From assembly GCF_000181795.1 (NCBI RefSeq), contig NW_003526945.1:4880393-4907740 (forward strand): DNA of 27,348 bases, in the 5' to 3' direction. How positions within the stretch are numbered: the first letter of the stretch is position 1; each line of letters opens with the position of its first letter. The position numbers and the translations under genes were made by a program. Below, piece after piece: positions 1-13,520 of the stretch. This DNA comes from Trichinella spiralis (taxonomy: Eukaryota). Under the pieces are notes generated by a model. It made no database searches. It saw only the letters and a program-made list of their open reading frames with translations, and was not told the DNA's origin.

Positions 1-1903
1 TATTATTATTTTCTTGAAATTTTTTCATTTGTTTCCTTTTCACTTTGCTTGCTTTCTTTCTTTTTTTCATTTTCATAAAACAGCCACTTCATTTTTGTTG
101 TCGTTCAGTCGCTCTTACTCATCATGGATTGTCATCATTGCTAAACACACCACCGTGTTACTTTTTTATTGGAAATTTATTTCATTTGCGCTTCTTTCGA
201 CGCAACGGGAATTGGCAAATTATATTGCTTTGATTTTTTCTTGCTCTCGCTGTTTCTGCTATCAACAGGCGGAGCTCACCTCCGCAGTTGCTATGTAAAT
301 TTTATCAGGCGTCATCACTTTTTCCTTTGCCGATATTCATATTAGATTAATAACAATGATAACACATCGAACCGGTCATCACAGCAACAGCGAACAGCAA
401 AGCGTATTCTTTTCAGCTTACTGTTTCCGTCGAATAAAATAGTCCAAAGTGAATTAGTGGAGTATAATTGTTTCGCTATATGTCCAGGTAAGCGTACATT
501 GCGCATATGGAAGAGTTATCCAATTTGCCTAACCTGATGTTGTCCAAGCAAGCAGTTCCATATAAGCTCTCACAGGAATAGCATGTTTACCAATTAAAAA
601 TACATCCCACAAACAACTGCTTACAATCCTTTCTAAGAATAAGGGATTATTTAATAAGTTTGTCTATGGTAGAAAAAAAAATGAAAACTTTATCAAAAAT
701 AATAACCTTAGCGTTTAGCAAGCGAACGCATGCATACTTTGCGCGATTTTCATATTCGGACTATGCTTCACAGTCCAGAAGCAGAATGGCTGAGGAAAAC
801 TTATTATTAAATTATCATTATTAAAAGCGACAACTGCAATTGCAAATATGAACTGATTGCATCGGAAGAACACAACAAGAACATTACCACAAGGATAACA
901 CGATTTTATTATGAAGATGAATTGAAATGGTAACAATAATATTAGTAGAAAAGAGCAATATACTATGCTAACAGTAGCATGAAAGCTAAAAATAAATTTT
1001 TCAAATTGCACATCATGCTCATTGCTATTTTATCAAAATTGGATGCTAAGATTGTATGTGTTTTTCAATAAAATGGCATGTTTTGGAAAACAGCATTTTC
1101 TATTTAATCATACTGCTAAAATGATGATTAATTGTTTTTTGTTTGCCTTTTGAAAGGCAGAAAAGTTCTAAACTTTATGAAATAAAACTGACTTTCTTAA
1201 TGTTTTCTTTCAAAATGTCAAAACGAACAGAGCTTGCTGAACTGGCTCATCAAGCCAAAACAGCAAGCATGAACGCCTTCATAAGACGGGATGTTGAAAA
1301 GTTGTTGTTAATAATTCGATTTAAAAAATACAAAATCAGCCTTTGTTATTTTTTTTCATGTTAAATTTTTAAAATTAAGCAAAAAATTAACAAAACGGTC
1401 TGTTTTCGTAAAACTGATAGCGTTCAAAAAAGAACCAATTAAGCAAATCGATAAAGTTGTTGTGAAAGAGTAGTAGTGTTCGTGAGAAAGAGAATTTTTT
1501 TTAAGTGTCTTCATTTGAAAAAAATCTAGCGTTTCTAGATTTAATAGGGTGTATTTTGTTTTTTATTACTAAAATAATTTATCAATAAACGCTTTTAGTG
1601 AAGCAATATAGGAAGATTGAAGCTGATCATAACAATAAAACAATTTCAAGTTTTGGGGCGAAATATCCATCACCCGTTGTATATTTGTTATAAAAGCATG
1701 TTTTATCAATGGATGTTCATTAGCATCAAGTATTGAAATGGATTTATAAGAGTAAAAGAAAGAAAGACAGACAGTATCGTTTGGAATAATTTTTGCTTTG
1801 TTTTCGTTTCAGAGGTCCTCTTTTTCCATTACTATTGAACATGTGCTAGCTACTATTGAATAAAGAAATAATATATCACGGCTACATGGCAAAGTAAACT
1901 CAT

Positions 1904-1951
1904 AGAAAGAGAAAGAGAAAGAGAGAGAGAGAGAGAGGGAGGGAGAGAGAG
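1904..1951 (+). repeat. Polypurine (GA)n/(GAAAGA)n microsatellite
   Basis: Directly visible. Confidence 0.9.
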
Positions 1952-3181
1952 TGAGTGAAGAAGCACAAATGAAGCAAAAGCAGAATGGCATGACATTCTT
2001 TGAGAGTGAATGGCGAGTTGTTGAATTTGAGCCGCTGTATCGTCGTCATTTGACATCGACTTGAGCAAGAAATGCGCAAAGACGGGACTGATTTTCCTAA
2101 CGCCGGCAACGCTATAAGCTTTGGACAATTGTTGTCCAAGATGAAATTACATGCAGATCGCATCGCCGCACTTTACACTCGCACCTGTCTAGAACATCTA
2201 GAGCTAAGAATCGGTTGAACAATGCAAGCCGTGCTTGTCTTCTGAATAACAATTTCTGCTATTGAAGAAGTTACATGTACAAACGAAATTCAATATAGTC
2301 ATCTAGAGATTTATTAATAACATTATCGTTCGGCTGAGAGCGGCCCATCGACACGTAACAACGATTGTACACACAGATCGCTCGCTAGAAGAAGATTAAG
2401 TTTCCTTAAACTATCAATGAAAGAACTTCTTCTTTAATACAACATTCCTATAATACATGCTCACTTTTCTGGAAATAAAACTAATATGCAAATTTTTGAA
2501 AAATAATTTTTTTATGACTTTGAACTGTTCATTACAGAATTCAACGCCTCTGTGCTAAAAATTAGTGTTACATGAAAATTTGCCTTTGTATCCTTAGAGA
2601 TTTTTTGGTTGACTAATTTATCGATACATCCGTTTTAGAGCACGAAATTGAAGTGTTATTGTTAGTCATATCCATATTTGTTCATCAACCATCGCGTACG
2701 TAATCATTCTATGCTGAGTTCAAGGTTCGTTTTCTGCTTATTAAATTCAATGAAAATTGTGGAAATTTTTATTTTACTCACTCTGTCGTTTTTCTACTTT
2801 TGATGTGCTATTTATTACAATGATAATATTTTAGAAATTTGATTAAGAACACTTTTAATAAGTGAAAAATGGAGAGTTTACTTTCCATAAAGTAATTTAT
2901 CTGTTCATTAAGAGATAATTCGATTTCAGAATTCAAACATCTTCATTGTCAAAATTCACTGATGTGCTATGATTAGTTTGAAATACTTTAGTGATGATTC
3001 AATTTACTTTCAATGTATACAGAGTTCAGATAGCTTATTTTTGTTTTTTTTTGAAATGATTCACTAAAAATAACATTGCACTTATCAAATTTCCCTTAAC
3101 TTAACACGTATGCATTACAAATTTGCTTAAATAACACGGCTTTCATTTTGCGTATCAAGAACAGAAAGCATAACAGCAGTA

Positions 3182-3184
<3 letters not shown>

Positions 3185-3216
<32 letters not shown>
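3185..3216. repeat. (AT)16 microsatellite
   Basis: Directly visible. Confidence 0.95.
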
Positions 3217-3219
<3 letters not shown>

Positions 3220-5899
3220 TGTAGAAGAAACTTTGCAGTGCAGAAATTTTTTGATTCATGGCAAAGAGAGTAAGTGAAGTGAAAGTTTGTGATGACAAAT
3301 GAGAACATTAATTTTCATGCATTCATTTGATGTATAAACATCTTGAACAAGACATGATTTATTTTTTATCATTTCTTTTTGAAATTATAAATTATTTTAA
3401 AAACAGTCTGCTTTGTTCACATGTGTCAACTTTTAACAGTGCACTTTTAACATGAATCAAATTACAATTGTTATTTAAAGTAATAAAAAGTAAAATTGTT
3501 ACTATAATGCTTTATGTAAGAGATGATTGTAAACAACAACGTAATGTATCAATAATGTTGAATAGTAGTTGTTGCACAACACGCATCTTATCTGTGAATG
3601 AGAACTTATATTAAAACTGTAATAGGCTAATCGAAAAGCTGACAAATTATGAAATCATTAAGTGCTTCCTTCACAACCGATTGCCTGTGAAATCGAAATC
3701 AACCAATTCTTGCTTGATGTGAGGTTTCAATTTCAAATTTTCAAAAGTTATTCCTCTCAAATTACAACTTTATCAAAATTGTAATCGAAGAAACAAATTT
3801 TGTTTTGCTTTTCAAAATATGTTTACAATAGTTAGTAGAAGTTTTTTCAATTCGATAACAACAAAGCAACTTTACAAGCAAAGTTGCACGTGATGCTTTT
3901 GCTATTTGTAGTTGTAATTCCAAGCGATGATGGAATGAAGTTGAAAGTTGAATTCAGTCCAACGTTAAATTCAATCTCTGCTTCAACAATGGATATAATA
4001 AAAATTGAAATTAAAATCTAAGTTAACTAGTTTCCGGTCAAGAGAGAGAAGCAGGTGCATGCGAAGTGTCCGAACGGTGCGTTGAAGTCCAGGTGATGTA
4101 GGCGGCGGGTGTTCGATCAGCAAACAGCGGTCTAGCGGATATGATGCTTGTTTCTATTAGATTATTAAAAGCCGATTACAGTAATATGTACGACAACAGC
4201 ACAAAGCAAAGTCTTCTTCTGATTGGCTATTTCAGCGGCAATGCAATTGAATTGTATCGATTCGGGTTGAATCCGTCCGCCGGATTCTTTGTTTCGCCTT
4301 TTCTTATATCAATTATTGAAGTAACAATTTACCTATGAGCTGAAGGGTCACGAGCAGCTCAGCTGTGCGCAACTGGGCAAAGATTGTGTCAATCGAAGCC
4401 TTTTAAGTTGAAAACCTTTTCGAATTGAATGCAAAAGCTTGATTCGTCGAGAAAATGCATCTGTTCCAAAGCTGGTTAAGTGTTTGCCCAGGCCGGTTAG
4501 CTTTTGTTAGTATCTGTTTTTAAACAATCCAAGCTGACAAGTGCCAGTTGAGACGCAATCGGTCATCCAATTGCGAAACAACGCTAACGGTCACTTGTTG
4601 TGGTAAACGGTCAACAGCAGAGAATGACCAGGTGACAATCTGCGTCTAATCCTCACTCTTAACCATACCGCTATGTCACAGAAAACAAAAACCCCAAAAG
4701 CCTTGAAAAGTACAACTGTCACAAATCGATTTGCTTAACAGCACAATGGACAATTCTTCAAAATGCAAAACATTAATTAACGTTCATAACTTTGTTTGTT
4801 ATTTTCATCACAAACATTGATCTGTTATTTTTTCCCAATTGAATCTTTTTTTAGTATTATTTCAAAGTTTCTTCATTTATAATTTTTAGTGTAGAGTAGT
4901 TGTAATTTTGCAAATTCAGAAATAACCAAAAAAAATAATGCTAAGATGAGAAAAAATTGCAAATATTGCAAATTCAATTACAAATTTGACCAAGCATATA
5001 TCGCTTTTGATATTTTTTGTAGATTAAGAAGCAACAATAATAATTCATAATAAAAAAAGTTTAGTATAAAAAAAGCATTATAACAGTAGGAATAATGATG
5101 GAATAGAAGAAAAATTGATAAGTATTTCCATATAGAGATGAAAATTTAAAAGTTGCAAAAATTTATTCAGATGCAAGTTACGAATTAGATTTCAAGCAAG
5201 TGAATCCCAATCATCACAGTATATTGCAAAAAGATAACACTGATTCTTTATCTTTTTCATAAACGCAAACAACACATGAAAAACATTTGGACAGCCTGAA
5301 ATAAGCTTGCTCAAAACTGCTCAAACGCGCCTGTTCTTATTTCATTTTAAAATTATGATAAAATAAGAAACATTCTGGCAAAGGTCCGTTTTCAGATTTT
5401 CAGCTTAAGGTTATCTTTTGAAATCTTCTTCTTCGATTTCAAATAGATTGCCATTTGATGATGAGAAATTCACTCAGCCCCTGGTCAAATAGCAAATGCA
5501 TTTGATTAGCTAGAGTTGCTGTGTTCGACTGTAATAGCCACACGAGCATAATGCATTAGAAATGGAAAATGTTTGTTGTTTATTAAGCTGCAAAAATTTT
5601 CCATTATTGTATATGAAGTATCTTTGAAATAATCAGTACTTGGATAATTAATTTACTGCAGTTCTATTGATGTGAGTGAGTACTTTTGCTTAATAATTTC
5701 TTTAAGAAATTAATGGTTGATAAATAAAAGAATATTATTTTCAATTGAATCAATCTTCCGCATTATATATTCAAGTGGTGTACAATTTACAAAACGTCCC
5801 TTCTCAGTTATTCGATTGGAAATTTTCACTTTTCATGGGAATTCAAATTAATCATATCAGAAATGTGAAAGTGTTACGCTTGAAAAGTTTCCCATACCT

Positions 5900-5903
<4 letters not shown>

Positions 5904-5931
<28 letters not shown>
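5904..5931. repeat. (TA)14 microsatellite
   Basis: Directly visible. Confidence 0.95.
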
Positions 5932-5938
<7 letters not shown>

Positions 5939-8900
5939 ACAAACAGTGAACAATACTAAAAATTTACTTAACAGTTACAAATTTACTTGATTTTTTAAGT
6001 AAAATATCTACAAAATAGGATCGATAATTTGTATGCAGTATGCATATTAATGTTTAAGATGGAAAAATAGTCAAAAGCTGAGGTGAAATTAAAACGCTAA
6101 AATTTCTAACCCACTCCATCACAGCATAAACGTAATATAGTACGCAAGTGGGTTATTTATGCTGCTGTTAATTGTTATTTGGTCAATAAACAGCAAAATA
6201 GTGAACAATGAACTTATGCATATGATTATTTGGATGAGTTAACAATGTTGAAACCATTTCAAATTGCTGCTATTTGGAATATTGAACAAATTGCCGTCTT
6301 CAATCACAGTAGATGAATTTGCTTTTGAAAAAATTCATGAAAATAAATTACCCAATATTGAAAACACTTGCTTTGAAGTTGAAAGTAAAAACAAAGATTG
6401 CGATCATGTTTATGTATTTTTTCAGGAAATTTTTTTTCTATTTAATTGTTTGAAGAAAAAATAAATTGAACACACTTTTTCAAATTAGCCTCTGAAAGCA
6501 GTGGGGCTTGTTGATGGGCCAAGTTCAATGGATATATTATGTATGTTCAAAGGATTTTCCCTTTCCAACTGCAAATTGAATTGCAGACATTAAGAGGAGA
6601 ATTTGATTTTTCTTTTTTTTTCTATTCTTTAGCTTTCCATCAAATTCATCAACAATCGCAAATAAAATAAAACTGGATATTAAGTATATTATTGAATCAT
6701 TGAGCAATCTAACTGACAATCTCAGGCCACAATAACAAACAGCAAGCAGCGTGATTCGAAAGTATATTATGAAAGCAGCTGCTAGTTATATTATTACTGC
6801 TAATGTTGTTGTTGTACTATTGGAATTATGCTTGTTGAAAAATGAAACTACCTCTTTTTGATGACATGTTTTACTTTTGATCATTATAAATTGATGCGTA
6901 TCGTTTTGATCAATTTACTGTTCCAACAACTTCTCTTCTATTGCATTATTACTACTTGAACTGGGAGATTATGTTTCAGTTATGAAATTCTTGAAATAAT
7001 ACATGAAACATGCATCGTGCAAGTTATAGTTATTTTGAAATTTATTTTTATAAAACAAAGTTATTTGAGGAAAACAATTTTAATTATGCAATAGCAATTG
7101 TTTGAGCAAATATTGAAAACAAAATATTTTTGACAAGAAGAAAAAATTGCAAAGAAACGTTCTCAATTGCAAACTGCTGCTATATAGGTGATTATAATAC
7201 ATAAGTGAATAAGCAGAACAAACACGATGAATAATGATCCACTTCTCCAATTTTCAATATTCGATATTATATTTCTTTTTTCAAACATTTACATAAGTGT
7301 TGTTCAATTTGATTATGAATTAATTAAAGAAGAAAATTATGCACAACCAGATGTTGAATGTTAACCTGTTAGTTAGCATGATATAGAGATGAAGAGAGAG
7401 AAAGATTTATACAGCATATACGTATTATATAAATATATATATGTGTGTGGGGGGGGGGTGCTTGCGTGTATGGATGTATGTATGTAGACATGTATATTTA
7501 TTTATTTACTTAGATAGAATTAAATGTTATGCTAAATCATTTTTTTGCTCTGCTGCTCAGATGGCAATTGTTCGTTCGTTCGCCATGCAGTCTGCGAAGG
7601 TGATTCCACCGACCGGCAGACTAGCTGGCTCTTGTTCAACGTTTGAGCTTCGACAGCTGCTTCACTTCCATTGATGAAAATTTATGCCCAACTGACGTTA
7701 GCAGCTGTTTATTTGGAATTACTTTGGGGCGACGTCAAAAACAGCCGAGGTAAATTTGTTTGTGCAACTGTTTTCGCATCGGCCGAGAATCCATTTTCCC
7801 TGCACAATTGCAACGAAGCTTCGTTTGTTAGCCGCGGATGGCTGCTGCATCGGCAGCCACGGCGTCGCGGAAACGGCTGACTGGAATAAATCAAACGGCT
7901 CACTTTTCGCACCATTCCACCCGGACCAATCAAAAAGCAAACAAACCAGCTAACATCCGGCCAGTTGGGAAACGTAGAGGAAAAAACCCATGCAAACTAA
8001 CAACATCCAGTGTAAAATGCCCACTTTTCCACTCTTGAGCATTCATTTTACAACAGTATACTACTACTACTACTACTATTACATCTGTTAAAGTGCGCAT
8101 TTCAAATAAAACAATTAATTCTTTACTATGCTAAAGCACTATAGTGAAACTTAAGTTTTACACCGTTCAGCAGTAACAGTTATGAACAACTTCCGAGCCT
8201 GCATCCATATACAATAAATGAATATTATAACAAGCAGATATTCTTATGCAACACTTGTTGTCTAAGAAAGAAACAAAAGTCCTCCCTCGTAAGCGCATTA
8301 TTTTTCATACAGTTCGCTGCTCTGATATAATGCGTTAGCATCAATTCAACCGTTCGACGATGGAATAATAAAAACTTTATAACAATTGATAACTTCTACA
8401 ATCAATGATGTAAATGTAAATATGTGATTATTTTTTTTCACAAAACGCCTGATTAAAATTATTCATTGTTTTGCATATTATGATGCAATGGAAACTAGCT
8501 TTTTGATAAAGAATCAATGAAAGTTTTGCCCATTGAACAAATCAAAAAGCTTGCTATTTAATAATTGCAATTCAACAGAAATTTTTTCAGTAAAAAACAG
8601 TGAATAAATTAATTAAACAGCAGCAAGTTGAAAAAGTGTTTCAACAAAATTGATAACATCTATTTCGACAGTTGACTAATTGTACTGCTTTCTAATTGTG
8701 ACAATCAACTTTCACAGCAAAGCATGTTTTTCTTTTTAATAATTTTTGCAAAAAAACTTTTTCCTCTGAATTAATTATTCCACAGATTATAGTGATGATA
8801 ATTCATGTGAATACTGTTCAAATGAAAACTATTGGTGTGTAATTTTAAAGCATGCTAATAATGTTAACGCATTCAACTTGAAATCAACCAGTTCAAAAAT

Positions 8901-9668
8901 GCACAACGTCATTACCGTGAAGAAGAAGAACAACAGCAACAAAACAACAAAGAAAAATAAATTATTCAAAGTATTGAAAATTATTAGCATGATAGTTGTT
9001 CGTTTTTATTTCAAACCTGGAATTATTTCCTAATAAATCAATCTAGCCAAAATTTATGCAGCATTTATTGGACGATGGAAGACAAAAAAGAATCACAAGG
9101 CAAATAATCTTTTCGATGGTAATAAATTACAATTAAACGGTCGTGTACGAGTGAAAGAGAAAAAAATGTAATAATTTATATAACATGTTCGGTAGTTACT
9201 TACAAATTGAATACAGTCCGCAGTTATCATTGTCAAAAAAAATAATAAATTTTTGATCAATTGTATATGATGAAGAATAATTGAACAGCGAAGAAGCAAA
9301 ACCAACTATTCATAAATTGAAAAATTATCCATCATCTTTAGTAAATTAATTGCATGTGGCACGTCAGTTCTGCTCGAGTAAGTGAATCTGAAGATTACGG
9401 TTGAAAATTTTGCATAAATGTGCGCCAACAACGAATGCATTGTACAAGTGAGCAGCAATATTTAAATTTGTCATATTACGAATTGAACAACAGTGAAAAA
9501 GCATTTTGAGCGTCGATAGTGATAATTGCTAAAATTTTCCCTCAACAAGTTGACACAAAGCAAGCAGAATGAAAGTATTTTATTTGTACGGTAATGTAAA
9601 GTTTTGTCGTAAAAAATTTTACCAAACAATAAATAATAAGCTCGACAGTAATAAATTATTAAAACTGT

Positions 9669-10112
9669 TCATCGATTCAAATTGGCCGGACAGCACAAAT
9701 TGTCAACGCAGTCGTAATTGTCCGGACAGTGTTCAATGCAAGCAACCGGCGCCAGTGATCCATCCGAACATGCTTCTGAAATTAGCATAAAATTGTCCAA
9801 CGAAAGAATTGAGCGAAATTGTTCTCCCATTACTCAGTTTGATTTCAGGTAGAAGGCAATATTTGCCCATGATCGTCTCGCAGCAGAGGCGTTTGGGCGG
9901 ACATTCGTCGTCACTGTGACAATTATCTTTTGCATCCGGTGATCGATAGTCGTAATAAAATAGTGGACAGTGTCCATCTCGTTCTGCAACTGCAACGAAA
10001 TGCAAATTTTCACCAATCAACAGCAAAAGCTCCATGCTCGCTCACCTGCGTTAATAAGAATGCACGCAAAGGCGAATAATGACAGAATTCCAACTTTCAC
10101 CAACATTGACAT
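9669..10112 (-). CDS. Small secreted cysteine-rich protein: signal peptide + six-Cys WAP-like domain + CC/WR1-like six-Cys module, ~109 aa
   Basis: Exons 10112-10046 (MSMLVKVGILSLFAFACILINA, hydrophobic signal-like), 9989-9834 (GHCP...CHSDDECPPKRLCCETIMGKYCLLP) and 9775-9669 (ACSDGSLAPVACIEHCPDNYDCVDNLCCP). The GT-AG introns of 56 and 58 bp keep frame. An extra acceptor (TTTTTTGCAG) at 10139 lies just upstream of the ATG. Confidence 0.82.
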
Positions 10113-10475
10113 CGTAATGGTGCGAATAAATTATTGGTCTGCAAAAAAAATCAGAAGATTATGGATAAATTTAATTATTATTTTTTTGGAAAAAAGAACA
10201 AATCACGCGGTAAAGAATATTTTCACCGACGGAATGAGATGATTGATAAGATTGGATAATGATGCTGAAAATGCAAATGCGAACTTGCCATTGTCGAAGA
10301 TCAATTGATGCTAAATTTTGTATTCGTCGCTCTGTTGTTCCTTTGAGAACTTATAATAAATTATTATTATTATTCTGATCATTTCGAGAAATGCCGTTAA
10401 TAATTTTTGCAATTTTTTTTCAATCGAATAAATAATAACTCCACTCACTCCAAAACGTATTGCACTTGCTGAACA

Positions 10476-10871
10476 ATGGATCCCATGCAAATGAGTGAAT
10501 CGGTTGATGAAAGCGAAAAGAAAGAAGATATTGTTACTTTTCAACGATTTCCAAATGAAAATATTGCCAACATCCCGCGCGGTGGAAGAGAAACTGAAAC
10601 GACACCAGTCGTGAAATTTTACAAATCTTCCTTCGGTTCTGCTTCGGAAAAACAGAAATGCACACAGATAAAGAGAGGAGAAGCTTGGTGTCAAGATGGA
10701 CAATTGCAGCAGAAAAGTCCAACCACAAGAGCCTGCAATGGCCAAGTCGACGACCGCTTGTGCACACAATGTGCGATGCTATTTAAAATATCTGCTCCTC
10801 AAGCAAACCTGATCGACAACACATTTTCTGCCTTTCCGGCACGGTTCATTCAAATAAGCCATTGCCATTGA
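10476..10871 (+). CDS. Hypothetical single-exon protein (131 aa)
   Basis: ATG-initiated ORF, GC-richer than its flanks, hydrophilic. No motif recognised; it could be spurious or part of a spliced gene. Confidence 0.3.
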   Translation: MDPMQMSESVDESEKKEDIVTFQRFPNENIANIPRGGRETETTPVVKFYKSSFGSASEKQKCTQIKRGEAWCQDGQLQQKSPTTRACNGQVDDRLCTQCAMLFKISAPQANLIDNTFSAFPARFIQISHCH

Positions 10872-11313
10872 CCAGAACTGGTTCGTTATTCTTCTTTTTC
10901 TTCGGATTCAATTTTAATTTTCACTTTTTGATCAATGCTTTTCACAACCGGTGCCTCTCCACAACGTGACAATTGAAAAATACAAGTCCCATTTTGCTGA
11001 TAAAAGTGTACGGGGAAAAAAAAATCATCAACTGCACCAACAGCTTGCAATTCAAATTGTTGGCCAACTTTTTTTATTCCCTTGCCCTTTCATAAAGCAT
11101 GTGAAATTTATTTGATTTATTTGAATAGCAATTTTCAGAAAAATGCCAAATCATTTTTCAATGAACTACACAAACGACAACAATATGCAACGTGTTGTTG
11201 CCTCCTTTTTTTCTTTACCCCACCAGCTCTCCTTTTGACAAAGATCATTGAACTTGTACACGATGTTATTCATGAATGTTATTCATTGAAAATCAACGTC
11301 CAATCCCCCGCTG

Positions 11314-13520
11314 TCATGATGCTGATGATGGTGATGGTAATGATGATTCATCGAACAGATCGTACAAGTCGTCCAAATCGTTCAGTCGAGCGTGCAGTTG
11401 CATTTCACGGTTGTGCAACGATTTCAAATCTTTGCTCTCCAAATCAACTACCGCAGCCGAGCACCGACAGTAACTGAAAAAGCACAAACAACAAATAAAT
11501 GCTACTTGCTTGCACCCATCGACGAATATGCATGCTCAAAACAAGTTTAAAAAAATTAACCAAAAAAAATTACACTACATGTCAACTAATTGGTCGACCC
11601 GTTTTTGCAAATTGTTCACGTCGATTTCGCTCGCCAAATGCCAACAGGCAGTTTCTTGAGACCACTGATCGACCCTGGTCGTCGTCGGCTCGATCACCAT
11701 CTTCACCAATGCCAAATTGCGCTTCAAAATCCCCTCCGACTCCTAACACAATAACATACATACAGTGTCATCCAACAGTGCTAACCTGCACATCATTATT
11801 CAAAAACAAAACAAAAAAATTAACAAAACAAAAAGGCCAGCTAGTTTTTACGTTCAATCAAAAGCTACAATTTATTTGTTCTTTTTTTTTAAATTCAAAA
11901 TTGCAATCACTCGAGTAGTGAGCACTTGAAGATAAAGCCTGTCAACGACCTGGGACAATTTTATTATTATCGTGTGCATGTAAAGCTCGTAGGTTGGCAA
12001 AAATTGAAAAAGCATACCAGAAATGAAGTTTTCAAATTGGCCGCGTTTTCGAGCAATTGTTTCGCTTTCAGCAAATTGTTCGACAAAGTGGAAAACGTTT
12101 CGCAAAATTTGTCACTGTAGATCAACGTCGATTCCACGTCCGAAATCAACCTGCTGACGTAGCGTTTGGGCTGAAATTGGAAATTTTTCACAAAAATTAA
12201 AACAAAATTCACAAAGATACAAAATAATTTCTACCCCTCTGAGCAGTTGCTCGTAGTCGGATAGCATCGTATCTTGTACGGCGGCTATGGCTTTCAAAAT
12301 CGGCACCAAATCACGATCGGTGGATATATTAGCAATGGAATGCAAACAGGATGAGATGTTTTGGCGAAGTGTTTCGTTCTGTTGGCGAAATTGAACCACA
12401 GCTTCTCTGAATTGACAACAGTGCAAAAAGGGATTTAAATAACTGGACAATTTCCACTGTGCACACCGCTACTCCCCAACTACTCACTGCAAGTGTTGTT
12501 GGTCTGTGGGCAGATCGTCGAAAACGTCAGCCGCATTTTCGAGATTATTCCAATTCGACCACCATTCCGAACGAACTTGAGCAATAATTGAGGCTAAATT
12601 TGCCGAATACAATTTGTCCCGCCATTCGGTCAAATCTGCTTGCCAGAAGATCGTCCTGATCTTGTCGAGACGATTTTCCATTTCAACCAAATTCCGCTCC
12701 CAGATTTGGACAAAGTCGTTGGCAATTTTCAAATGCGACGTTAAAGCGACAAATTTGGACGGCAAGCATAGCAAATTTTGATCGAGCGAATAACGGCCAC
12801 TCAAGCACAGCATATCATCAAAACGACGTCCAATTTTGTCGAACTAATAAAATGCAAATTAATAAATGAAAACAAATAACACGCTGAGAGCTAGCTGACC
12901 ATGTTTTCCAGTTGAGCAAATTTCTTTTTCAACGCAGCATACTGTTGTCGTTGATCATCATATCCATGCATCTGTGCAAGCTTTTGCCGATTCAATTCCG
13001 CATCGGCGTGACTTTGCACACTCCATTCACGCAACAGGTCAAACAACGCTGCTGATCCACTATCATCGACTTGCTGTTCACCACCATTTTTTCCACTGTA
13101 CAACGGCAATGAGCAATCGTCTTTCGGCTTATTACAATTTACAATTTGATCACAACTTCTTTCCACTTGTTCTTTTTCACTTTCTTCATCACTACAAATA
13201 TAATAATACAAATTTCAATAAATTTCATCATGAATTTGGCCCAATTCAAAACAATTACACTCTATCAGTGAAAATTGTAATATTGCAATATAGAAATTTT
13301 TACCACATTGAACAGAGAGATTGATTTTGGCAATTTAATCGAAATACCTTTTTCTGCTTTGCAGAGGCGCTTGAGCATTTTCACAAACCCACGAAAAGAA
13401 TTGAACAGAATTGGATCCGGCCAAAAACAGCGGCATAAAATCGATCGTCTTCACCGTCTGTACATTTGGACAATTCAACTCTTTCAACTTGGCGTGAAAT
13501 TGTTGAGAAAATTTCAACAT
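11314..13520 (-). CDS. Coiled-coil protein with HAUS3 (augmin subunit 3)-like N-terminus, ~500 aa, 8 predicted exons
   Basis: Phase-consistent exons: 13520-13348, 13191-12900, 12843-12488, 12406-12235, 12170-12018, 11949-11911 (least certain), 11742-11579, 11473-11314. The N-terminus QFHAKLKELNCPNVQTVKTIDFMPLF...QFFSWVCEN follows the HAUS3 pattern F..LK.l..P......DF..LF.....F..W.C.N, as recalled from the vertebrate protein. The rest is helical/coiled-coil-like. The gene is well supported; its identity less so. Confidence 0.6.

Noticed and set aside
2072..2218. 48-aa plus-strand ORF MRKDGTDFPNAG...
   Set aside because: Too short, no motif, no supporting splice context; kept only as part of a GC-richer island.
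14..9305. Many 60-100 aa ORFs in the left arm
   Set aside because: Phe/Leu/Ile-rich or microsatellite-derived translations expected by chance in AT-rich DNA, often without an ATG.
10458..10480. TATTGCACTTG, a miR-92-like 5' end
   Set aside because: The match ends after ~11 nt and no hairpin is evident.
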